61,975 nt of DNA. It comes from Neoconidiobolus thromboides FSU 785. Taxonomy: Eukaryota; Fungi; Entomophthoromycota. Below the pieces are notes generated by a model. The model saw nothing but the letters and a program-made list of their open reading frames with translations, was not told the origin of the DNA and searched no databases. Position numbers and translations under genes: made by a program. Of the stretch, positions 1 to 10,426 are shown in pieces (within the stretch, counting starts at the first letter, position 1; each line of letters opens with the position of its first letter). The DNA is taken from positions 1 through 61,975 of the forward strand of contig MU626383.1 in assembly GCA_025603075.1 (NCBI GenBank), in the 5' to 3' direction.

Positions 1-210
1 TTAGCAGTCTGCACCACAGCAGCATCTACCCCAGTCACAATCTCCATTAAGACCATACTTTGGACTTCTATTTTCCCAACTACAAATGTTCAAGCAATCT
101 TGATCAATAAGACATTGTCCAGTTTTAACAGTACATCTTCTACAGATATCTGAACCAGCTACATAGAGGACGAAGAAAAGAGCTACTAATAACTTGAAAC
201 CGTTAAGCAT
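1..210 (-). CDS. Secreted cysteine-rich defensin-like peptide (CS-alpha-beta pattern, 10 Cys)
   Basis: 69-aa ORF with hydrophobic signal peptide (MLNGFKLLVALFFVLYVAG); mature part has C-x5-C-x3-C ... GDC-x4-CCC core plus two extra N-terminal Cys and a terminal Cys; stop TAA at 1-3. Confidence 0.8.
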   Translation of the reverse strand: MLNGFKLLVALFFVLYVAGSDICRRCTVKTGQCLIDQDCLNICSWENRSPKYGLNGDCDWGRCCCGADC

Positions 211-405
211 TTTTTTATCCTAATTATACGACTGTGAATATTTTTAATTAAATTTTATTAAATCCCTACCTTATAAAATGAAAGAAAAAGTGATTAAAGT
301 TTATGTATGACTTTAGATACTTTTTATACTAGATTTTAAAGCCAATAATGTATTACTAATAAACTTGGCACTTAGAAATATACCACATGTAAAGTAGTAC
401 TTTAT

Positions 406-490
406 TATAGTATAAAATATCACTTTAATATAGTATAAAATATTACTTTAATATAGTATAAAATATTACTTTAATATAGTATAAAATATT
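406..490. repeat. Tandem repeat, 23-bp unit (TATAGTATAAAATATTACTTTAA) x ~3.7
   Basis: Unit read directly; one C/T variant in the first copy. Confidence 0.9.
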
Positions 491-970
491 AAAAATTATA
501 AACAAGCTGTAATTATCAAGTTTGGATTATTATTTTAATCATTTCAATAACATCGTCAATCTTTATAAACTAAGCTCATAGCCACTGATAGCTAAAAGTA
601 ATATTTTGAAAGCATAAATTACATATATATGCTTATTAATTGATTTTGTCCCTTTACTATTAAGGCTAGTTTAGTTACTTATTTTAACTTAATTGCTATT
701 AAAGGATAGCTAATTTTATAATAACATTCAAGTTACAACGTATAGTATCTATTTGAATTCGAATAACCTAAACCATAAATTGGGTTGAAAAATAGCTTAG
801 TTCACTGTATCTAAGTTATATCCTAGTTGCTATATATCTTTCTGTAAGATTATCAGCAGTCCTTAAAAAAAACTCAAATATATTTTTAATAACTAACATA
901 TTTCAAATTAGTGCTTTACCTATTGCTTTCTATTTTTTGACAAGTTTTCAAACTATTTTTTAATTAGTAT

Positions 971-1058
971 AGAAATGTTTTGGCTTTGTCATTTTCTCTA
1001 TTTTTTAAGCACTGTTTAAGCGGAAAATTTGTTAATAAAATTCTTAAAATACATCCCC
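971..1058 (-). mobile_element. ~98-bp MITE family copy (degenerate left end)
   Basis: Core AAGCACTGTTTAAGCGGAAAATTTGTTAATAAAATTCTTAA and end ACATCCCC|ATAT. Confidence 0.85.
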
Positions 1059-1274
1059 ATATGGAGAAAAATATAGCTTTAGCTTCACTTGGTCTCCTTT
1101 TGATTAAGTTAGAATAAATATTTACTTTATTTTAATAAATGTTTTTGATATTTTATAATATTAAATATACAAGGTCTTAATGAAAACTTATCGCTCCTAC
1201 TAGCGTTAGCCTTTAAATTCAATATAAAATTCATTAATATATTATAAACATAGCAATCGATTTATTCATGATCT

Positions 1275-1369
1275 GGAGATGTGTTTTTGGTTTAAGAATT
1301 TTGCTAGCAATTTTTCCGCTTAAATAGTGCTTAAAAGTAGAAAAAGTGATGAAACAAAAAAATACTTCC
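1275..1369 (+). mobile_element. MITE family copy
   Basis: ATCT|GGAGATGT...TTCCGCTTAAATAGTGCTTAAAA...TACTTCC|ATGT. Confidence 0.85.
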
Positions 1370-2404
1370 ATGTTATTAATCTAAAAACTAAAGTACATAA
1401 ACCTTTCAATTCCTTTCAATTCCTTTCAATTGCTTTCACTTAAAATAAAATGTCTTCTATTTAATTAAGTCTACATACTATTAATAGCTTTAAGTAATCA
1501 AATAAGGAATATAGAAGAAATTACTTTTATTGTACCTATTACCTCTTGAATATCTTCCTTTTAACATTCATTTTATCAACAACCACCAGAAACCTTGTTC
1601 TTAAAAGCTATATGAAAACATCCTTTTCTCCTTTGATATTTATTCACTTTCTAAGTACGAATATTGAAATATTAGTATAGACTTTTGGTAAACACATGCT
1701 ATAATTTTTCACTTTTATCATTTGATTTAAAAATAAACTCGCCTTTTTACACTTTGTTAAAAAAATAGATTACATTGTTTCATGTAAAAAATTATTAAAA
1801 TCAAGTAGAAACTGCTATAATATTTTAATTAGAATTATTATGTATAGTTAATAGCTTAGTCCCCATTATAAATAGAATAGGTACTTTTGATTTTAAAGCA
1901 TTTTGTTTTGAAATTATATCTAAGTAAAAAGTGATTATTTATTTCTATGTATAATACCCATTTCATTAAACAATTACAATACAAAAATAGGAGGTGTAAA
2001 AAATTAGAGAAAGAAAAAGATAGTAATTGAAAAAATAATGGTTAATGAATTCATTAAATTAATTTTAATTAATTGTAGCGCTCAACTACATTATTAGGTT
2101 GTTATTTCCTTAGTATGACTATTACTATTTTATTTTTCTTATCTTACTTACCATATTTGTAAAATTCCATTAAATTTTTCAAACGTTTGAAAACAACTTA
2201 ATTTGGTCAAAAAAAAGGTAAATAAATAGATTGAGATCCTTGGATATACCAAGGTCGAATTAGAAATTAAAAATTACTTAGTGACGCAGTGGTGAAAGAG
2301 AGTGAATACCCTACTATTATTTAAATGAAAGCTGATCTTTCCATTTTGACTATTTTAACTCTACTTCATCCCCCCTTTTTTATTTCCTATTTATTTTAAT
2401 TAAT

Positions 2405-3511
2405 ATGATTAATACTAACTTATTAGTCTATCTTATTTTATTATTGAAAACTAATCCTATCCAAGGTCATTCCTGGTTAGATTGTGTTGATCTACGAGGA
2501 AAAGAATGTAAAGGCTTTGTCCGTGGTTATGTAGGCCATATAGATGATCCAATGACTTACCGTATCGAATTAAGAAACAATGAGCAAGCAGTATGTCATC
2601 CAAACACTCAAACATCGCCAGATTCTTATTCAAATCAGTATCCTCGATCTAAAGCGATGCCAGGCCAAAAGTTAATTTTTAGTTACTTAGAAAATGGCCA
2701 TGTTACTAAGGATCGGTTACCACCTAATGGTAAACCTAACCCTAAAACTTATACGATTCATTGGAGTGGTAAACCATTTACAGGTAATACTAATGATGAT
2801 TCTCAAATCAAGATTAGAGGTGAGCTGAATTCAGGGAATCAGTTAGGTAATTATACTTAATACCAGTAAATAAATAATACTGATGGTTGAAATTTAGGTG
2901 ATGAGCATAATTTTGATGATGGACAGTGCGCGGAAGATAATACCATGGGTAGAGAAGGACCCAAACCTTGTTTAGGGGAATTAATAGTGCCACCAAATAC
3001 AGCACCAGGAGTTTATCAGTTTATTTGGTGGTGGAAATTTGATAAGGATCCCAAAGCCGGGGGTGAAGAATATACTTCTTGCTTTGATGTTGAAGTAATG
3101 AGTAGCTTTAAATATAATGTTACTACTAGTATGCCTAATTATAACTCTAATAATAACAGGCCCAACAATGCGGCTAATAACAATGTGGCCAACAATAATG
3201 CGGGCAATAACAACATAACCAATGGTAATGCGACTAACAATGATGTAAATAACAATGTAAATAATGAAAGTAACAATGAAGATGATGACAATGATGAAGA
3301 GGATAGTAGAAGGAGAGTTAAATATATTCCATCTTCAGATTATTCAGCTAAAGCGTACGCTTATATAAAGCCAACTTCAATTAAATTTGATAGTCACAAT
3401 AGTGATAACACTACTACTAAATATAGTAAACACTTTAATAATAATAGAAGTAGACCAATAATATATAATGGTGAGAGTATTAAAAATTACGAGGCAATAG
3501 AAGAAAAATAA
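2405..3511 (+). CDS. Secreted His1 LPMO-like protein with Asn-rich low-complexity tail; 2 exons (intron 2847-2897)
   Basis: GT-AG intron of 51 nt joins ORFs 2405-2860 and 2945-3511 in frame (..QLG|DEHNFDDGQCAEDNTMGREGPKPC..); signal peptide ends just before HSWLDC; second His in ENGH; C-terminal YQFIWWWKF...EEYTSCFDV motif. Confidence 0.75.
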
Positions 3512-3571
3512 CTTTAAAAATTCATCTCCATACTTTATTAAATGATTATCTTTTATTATTAAACACATTTT

Positions 3572-4181
3572 TTATTTTGACTCTTGTTCATTTTTGTTTT
3601 GACTTTTATTTTCATTTTGTCTTTCTAATAAAACAATATCATATCCAGCCTCAGCCAACTGAGCATCTATATGAGGTGAATTACTAGGTCTGCCATATCC
3701 AATAGATTCTAAAACAGTCTAAAATAAATTAAATAAATTAACTAAGTTTCATTAATGAAGCCCTTACTTTTTGTTTATTAACGCAATCCCAAAATACATT
3801 GTATTGATCAAAGCACATCTTTAATCGATCTTGCCAGCTCCCATTTCTTAAACATTGATATACCTCTGACTCGTATTCTGAACAATTTTCTAGCGCCATA
3901 TCCTTAATCTTTTCTTTTCTATATTTGTTCATTTCTACAGTTTGTCTTAGCTCTATGTTCTCATCACTTTTACTACTACTGGTGTTATTAGTTGCTGTAG
4001 CATCCTTTTCTTTTTCATTTGGCTCCAAAATAACTTTAATAGGATTCTTATTAAACTCTTGTTGAATTTTTTCAGCCTCTAATTTATAGTTTTCTTCATC
4101 TTTATTTTGATTACTATTGAATTTGGTTTGATTTTTCAAATAATCACTGAAAAAATTGCTTCCTTCTTTATCTGAGCTCAT
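3572..4181 (-). CDS. Twin CX9C (CHCH-type) protein, probably mitochondrial intermembrane space; 2 exons
   Basis: CSEYESEVYQC and CFDQYNVFWDC motifs; intron (~3720-3766, GTAAGG...TTTAG) extends the ORF to TVLESIGYGRPSNSPHIDAQLAEAGYDIVLLERQNENKSQNKNEQESK*. Confidence 0.75.
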
Positions 4182-4350
4182 GTTTAAATAGGATAATAAA
4201 ATAGATAAGAAAATACCAAAATGTCAAAGCTTCCCAACTTAAAACCAATAACAGCCAATCATTCAAAGTAGTTCTAACTAAAGTTAGCTCGAATGGAATA
4301 TAAAAATTACAAAGCTGATTTATTGAAAATGATTACTTCTCAACAAAAAA

Positions 4351-5365
4351 ATGATTGATTGGACTTTTGGATTAAGGTATTTAACAAGAGCAACTAAAAT
4401 CTTATGGATAACACTAATAAATATAGTGCGGTATTAGCCACCTCTTTAGGTTTAATATATAGAGGCCAGCAATTTTTATTATATATGCCAAGCTACCCTC
4501 AAGATTCTAGAACAAAAGTAAAAAAGAAGTTAATAATAAACCAAGTAATTAAACAATAAACTAGATAGAAAGTCCCTCTAAGTATGGTATGGAGGATTAT
4601 GAAGATTTGAGGTTAACGTGTGAAGATGATACAAAAATTCAGGCTTATATGATTTATAGTGACATTATAGATGGGCATCAGTCAAATTTGACTATTCTTT
4701 ATTTCCATGCTAACGCAGGTAATTTGGGCCATCGATTACCTATTGCTTCTAGATTGCATACTATGTTGAATTGTAATATTTTGATGGTTTCGTATAGAGG
4801 GTAATATTATAAAGATAGCATGATAACAAAATAATATTTTATTAATAGATATGGTAAAAGTGAAGGGGAACCTGAAGAAGAAGGAATAAAATTAGATTCT
4901 CAAGCAGCATTGGATTACATTTTAAATAATGATAGATTAAAAGATAACAAAATCATAGTTTATGGGCAAAGTATTGGAGGGGCAGTAGCAATTGCTCTAG
5001 CGGAAAAAAACAAAAGAAGAATTGACGGCATTATTATTGAAAATACGTTTTTAAGTTTAAGCAAGTTGGTAGAAACTTTAGTACCCATTGGCGGTAGCAT
5101 TGTATCATATTTATTAAATCAAACTTGGGATAGTGAGAGTTCAATAATAAATTTAAAGCACCTTCCCATTTTATTTTTGGTGGGTGAAAAAGACCAATTA
5201 ATTAATCCAACACATATGGAAAAATTATTTGAGTTAGCATCTGTGGATTCAACCTGTGCTAAGTCTTTTGTTGTAATTAAAGATGGTACCCACAATGATA
5301 CTTGTATTTTTCCTACCTATTACCGTGCTATAAAAGAGTTTATTACAAGGAATCGACTAATCTAA
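4351..5365 (+). CDS. BEM46: ABHD13/Bem46-family alpha/beta hydrolase; 4 exons
   Basis: Spliced product MIDWTFGLS|AVLATSLGLIYRGQQFLLYMPSYPQDSRTK|IESPSKYGMEDY...YFHANAGNLGHR...SYRG|YGKSEG; catalytic GQSIGG, Asp (GEKDQ) and His (GTHNDT). Confidence 0.9.
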
Positions 5366-5371
5366 TCTTAT

Positions 5372-5986
5372 CTAATCTTTCTTTCTCTTGAAATATTCTT
5401 GTACAAATAATTCAATTCGTTTCTTTGAACCTAATAGGTTGGCTATTTCAACTACTTTATAATAATTCAAAGCAGACAACTCAAAGTGTTTCTCTCGCAT
5501 GGCAGTCACTGATTTATGCTTACTCCTGAACCTCAAGTATTGAATAAATAAACCAAAAAAGCAAGCTAGTAATATCATCACAACTATTGTCTCATTTTTA
5601 CCATAAATCAATGGATTTTTTCCTCTTGTAAACCCAGTTTTATGAGGACCTGCCCGATACACAGTATAATAAGGTTCTCTTTTACTACTTTGATAACTTT
5701 TATTCCCTAAATTTGAATGTTTACGTAAATATTGATAAGCTTGAATCACGAGTACTAAATCATCATTATTCTTATCCTTATTAGTTGAATGAGTATGGTT
5801 TCTATCTGGGTGAAATTTCAAACATAATTCTAAATACTTTTTTTTAATTTCAATTAATGAACTGCCTTTCGATACTCCTAATATCTCATGTGGATCACCA
5901 AGTTTTCTATCCCAATACTCTATTTTAATCGGCTTACTTGTACTGAATAACCTTGCGTTTAGTTTGATTATTTGAATCAGCTTCAT
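5372..5986 (-). CDS. DnaJ (J-domain) protein with C-terminal transmembrane segment, likely mitochondrial
   Basis: Presequence-like N-terminus, DPHEILGV...KYLELCLKFHPDRN J domain with HPD; hydrophobic IVVMILLACFFGLFIQYL. Confidence 0.85.
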   Translation of the reverse strand: MKLIQIIKLNARLFSTSKPIKIEYWDRKLGDPHEILGVSKGSSLIEIKKKYLELCLKFHPDRNHTHSTNKDKNNDDLVLVIQAYQYLRKHSNLGNKSYQSSKREPYYTVYRAGPHKTGFTRGKNPLIYGKNETIVVMILLACFFGLFIQYLRFRSKHKSVTAMREKHFELSALNYYKVVEIANLLGSKKRIELFVQEYFKRKKD

Positions 5987-7141
5987 TGTTAAAAATTATA
6001 TAGTATAAAAGTTCTATTTGTTATTAAAAGGAATAAAAACAAGTTACAGACAACTTGATGCTATTGGCTGGGGTCAATTCATTTTTTTAATAAAATCGAG
6101 CATTTTTATTGCAAGTAACATTTATTTTTTAAAGCATTTGAACTTTTAAAATTGCACTAGCTCATAAACTAAAGCTATTTTAATATTAGAATTTATAGTA
6201 TAATAATGTGATGATCAGACTTGAAGATATAACAATCATCCTATTGCTATAAAATTAAGATAGTTCAACAATACTTAAACATCAGAGTTTGATTTAATCA
6301 ATTTTATCGAACTTCCGACAGTTATTTTTAATAGTCGTAAGCATCATATTAATAGTTTAATTATCTTCAAGATAAAAAGAGAAAGACCTATAAATTGAAA
6401 TTATTTATACCAGTGTAGATTATTGTACAATATACTTTTATTAGTAAAATAGTAATATAATAAAGCTATTTTTATATATTATGTTTTGTCCTTTTTTCTT
6501 GGCAGTTATTATTAAATTGAATTCTATCTTAATGAGATCATTATTAAGCCTTAGATTGATAATTTAAACTAAAAATAAGATAAAGTGAAAACTTCAAAAC
6601 TTATTTAAAATTATTCTTTAATTCTTTATTTTGCTATTTTAGATATTTAAGTTTGAATTTTAAAAATTAAAAAAAGGAATGTAAATAAATTTAACTCTAA
6701 ATAGTGATATAAATAAGGTCAAGTAAATAAAATTAAGTTTATGTAATAAGAATATCAAGCCTAATAAAGTATAATGAATAAATGATTAAAGGCCTATTGT
6801 CCAACCTTTAACAACTTGATAATGACAATTCTGTTTATAAACAAAAGATCAAATTTTCTAAACAAAATTAACTGAAAAGCAACACAACACTAGTTACCAA
6901 TTAAATCTTGAATTAACTGGTTAAATTAGGTTTTTAATGAGGCATGTATCTAATTTACGTTAAGCGATTAATAAATACAGAGTATTACGATTAACTCTAA
7001 ATAGTAATTAAAGTAACCGCTTAACTAGAATAAATCCACTATAAATATCAAAAAATAAAAACAAAAATAAGTTATCTTAAACTTCATTTTATTCATTAAT
7101 TCATAGATATTTAATTCATTTTTAAAAGCATTTTATTCATC

Positions 7142-8095
7142 ATGTTCAAATCTTTATTCATCTGTATTGCTCTTTCTACTTCTTTAGTTGTCTCTCAATG
7201 TGACAATATTAGCATTCAATCCACTGGCGATGTTTCTAAAGCCAGCGGATGTACCAAAGCCAACAGTGTTTTCATTACCGGTGAAGGTTTAGGGGATATT
7301 AGCCTTGACAGCTTACAAAGCGTTAGTGACACCATTAAAATTACCGGTACTTCCACCTTAACAAAAGTATCCATGAAAAAATTAGAATCCGCTAAAAACA
7401 TTGAAATTGATAACAATTCAGGATTAAACTTGGTTACTTTATCTAGTTTATCTGGGCTACAAGGGTATATCTTTTTATCTGGTAATTCAAAGACTTTAAG
7501 CTTTTCAGCTCCAAAGTTGTCCACTATCGCTGGTAATGGTACTATTTCAGATGTAGGTACCATAGATATCTCAGGATTAAAGAGTATCAAAAATGCTCTT
7601 AGTTTTTCTGATAATTCATTCAAAAACGTTAGCTTACCCAACTTAAGTGAAGTATCTCAATCCCTTTCTTTCAATTCCAATGATCAAGTAAGCTCAATTA
7701 AACTTGATAAATTAGAAACCATTGGTGGAGCTTTATTAATTGCCAACAACACTAATTTAAAATCCGCTGAATTCCCAAATCTTTCAAGTGTCAATGGTGC
7801 CCTTGATGTTAACGGTAATATTAGTAAATTAGACTTACCAGTTCTTAATGAAGTCAAAGGTAATGCTGATATCCAATCTGGAGCTAAAGACTTAAGTTGT
7901 GATAATCTTAATCGTTTACAAGCTGTTGTTGCTGGTAAATTTAACTGTAATGCAGGATCTTCTACCAACTCCACCAAAAATAATACCAAATCAACTTCCA
8001 GTAAAGGAAATAACTCCTCAGATGCTTTCACCATTCAATTATCGTATACTTTCTTTGCTGCTTCAGCTTTAACTTTATTTTCATTCATCAATTAA
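7142..8095 (+). CDS. ECM33: Ecm33/Sps2-family GPI-anchored cell-wall protein (receptor L-domain repeats)
   Basis: Signal peptide, repeated LPxLxxV/IxGxL motifs, S/T-rich linker and hydrophobic GPI signal at C-terminus. Confidence 0.85.
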   Translation: MFKSLFICIALSTSLVVSQCDNISIQSTGDVSKASGCTKANSVFITGEGLGDISLDSLQSVSDTIKITGTSTLTKVSMKKLESAKNIEIDNNSGLNLVTLSSLSGLQGYIFLSGNSKTLSFSAPKLSTIAGNGTISDVGTIDISGLKSIKNALSFSDNSFKNVSLPNLSEVSQSLSFNSNDQVSSIKLDKLETIGGALLIANNTNLKSAEFPNLSSVNGALDVNGNISKLDLPVLNEVKGNADIQSGAKDLSCDNLNRLQAVVAGKFNCNAGSSTNSTKNNTKSTSSKGNNSSDAFTIQLSYTFFAASALTLFSFIN

Positions 8096-8378
8096 CTTTT
8101 ATTAAATTTGCATTATTTTTATTTTTATTTTATTGTTTTAAATCTATAATTTGTATCATTATTCATATTTATCAAATGTATATAAACAATTAATAGGATA
8201 GTAGTCAATATATGTAATTCCTCAAATAATTGATTAGCATTATTGTTAGATTATGTGCTGCAATATTTATGACTTTTTGTTTTTTTAGTAAAAATAATAG
8301 CCTATAACGGCAATGTTAATTATAAACTAACGGTTAAGTTTAAAACATAAGCTCAAATTTCAACAATAAAAATACTAC

Positions 8379-9397
8379 TTATGTTTTTTTACTGTTAAGA
8401 TTCTTAGAAAATAAGCTACTCCCAAGACGAAAACTCTGCCTTTGATGATAATCCAAAATTTTAAGCTGACCAAAATATTCAAATTGCCCATTTGGGTAAA
8501 TAGCACGTGTAAACTCATCTGTAATTTCCAAAGCAGCCAAATGTCCGCCTCTAAAATAGGAAGAAATACCAACATCAATAAGTATAATGCGATTATTACA
8601 ACGAGCTGTAATTCGGTTTTTTTTTTGAATAGTATGTCCTATGACCATACGTTTTGCTTCTAAACGATTTAAAACTTCAGTTAACTTAGGACACATTTCA
8701 TCTTCTGACTCCTTGGAATAGCCACGATACCATAGAGGTCCATCCCCTTTTTGCGTAAAAATAGCTCGCTTGCGTAGCTGTTTAGGATTATCTAATAAAA
8801 GATGATGTCGAGCTTTTTTATTTAAATCATCCACTTTTTTTGTAGACCAGTTTAAATTGATACCACCATGACAAAATACAGTATCACGAACTTTGATAGC
8901 AATCGTAAGGTTTCTCAAATACTGCCCAATAACTCCATCCTTACTAAGCGCTTTCTTACGCTCGTTTAAAGAGCCAAAGTTAGAAATATCTTTTTCAGAT
9001 ACATATTTATAGTTTTCAGCTAAATTCATTATCTCGTGATTACCTAATAGTGGGATAAATAACCCTCCTTTTGTTTTTGCTTCTGAGCGAAGGTTTATAA
9101 AATAATTGTATAACTTTTTTGCGTCTGGGCCTCGGTCAGTTACATCCCCCTGAATTGAAGTTTAATTTTGATATCAAATAAAATATTGTAACTTACTGTC
9201 TGTATCAAAGTGGTATAATTACCACCAATCCATTGGTAATGATGGTTAATTACTTTAGTCATCCTTAATATTTTAATTAGATGATTATAGTCCCCGTGGA
9301 GGTCACCTACAACTATTATTCGTTGTTTATGAGAATGACATCCTATTTTATAGTTTGAATGAAATAGAATTACAAAAATCAAAATAATTAAATTCAT
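8379..9397 (-). CDS. Secreted Shewanella-like (Shelph) calcineurin-like metallophosphoesterase, copy 1; intron 9150-9196
   Basis: Signal MNLIILIFVILFHS..; GDLHGD, QT|GDVTDRG, GNHE, FCHGG, GPLWYRGY, VIGHT, IDVGIS; splicing restores frame. Confidence 0.9.
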
Positions 9398-10426
9398 ATT
9401 TAAAAGATATAAAAGTAAATTAACAGTTTTTTCCGCCTGTACTATTTGACCCCTTCCTAATTTGGTAGCCTTCACTAACATTTTCTACAAATATTTTTTT
9501 GTAGTGATTATTAATATTTAATGATAATTCAATACTTTGATTATATTATAACCACATAAATTAGCACATTTGTTGTTGTTTTAACCTTTATAATATCTGG
9601 TCTCGACTTAAAAGTATAGTAATTTGATAATCTTATAATTTGATTTATGTTTATATAGAATGTTTTGAGTAAAACAATATTGTTTGTTAATATCATCAAA
9701 GCCCGGTAGACTTATCTTGTGGTTACTCTTAAATTAATTTCTATTACTTATTTAACTCGTCATATATAGTGTTTGTTCGTTTGATAATTTCATAACATTA
9801 TATATTTAGCACATGTGGACGCATCTTTGGCTTCACTTTATTTTCAATTTTTACGCTTAACCCTTTGAGTACTGAATGTCTCAAAAAAATTATATTTGAT
9901 CAGATCATGATTTCTAATCAATTTTGTGCTAATTGGGATAGTTTTCTTAAAACTCCAATACTCAAAGGACTACTTTTAATTCAAATCATGTGACCCATGT
10001 TCGTCAATTTAATTTTGATCTAAAAGAAGTGGTGAGCACTGTTCATCCACGGTATTCAAGTGGCTAAAAATAGTACAAATCATTAATAAAAGTAATGATG
10101 AAAGCATACTAACATGTTGAATCTAGCAAAGTTTATTTTAAAAATTATATGCTTAAGGCAGTGCTTATTACGACTAGTAGGAGTTACTAGAATGTATAGA
10201 ATTTAAAAATGAATAACGATATTTAATTGTATGAGCTGGAGTTAGTATACAACAGGAACATTATTCCATAAAATTGATAGCTATATTACCCAAATCTTAA
10301 TATGTATAGATAGTTTCTTTAAGGTTTGCTTAAATAAAATAAATGTTTTACTTTATACATTTACAAACAAATAATAGATAAAGTAGTATTTTAAATTATA
10401 ATAGACAATGTATTTTATTATAAAAA

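Noticed and set aside
7216-8034. Antisense ORFs 7216-7641 and 7684-8034
   Set aside because: Shadows of the Ecm33 coding strand with no protein-like features
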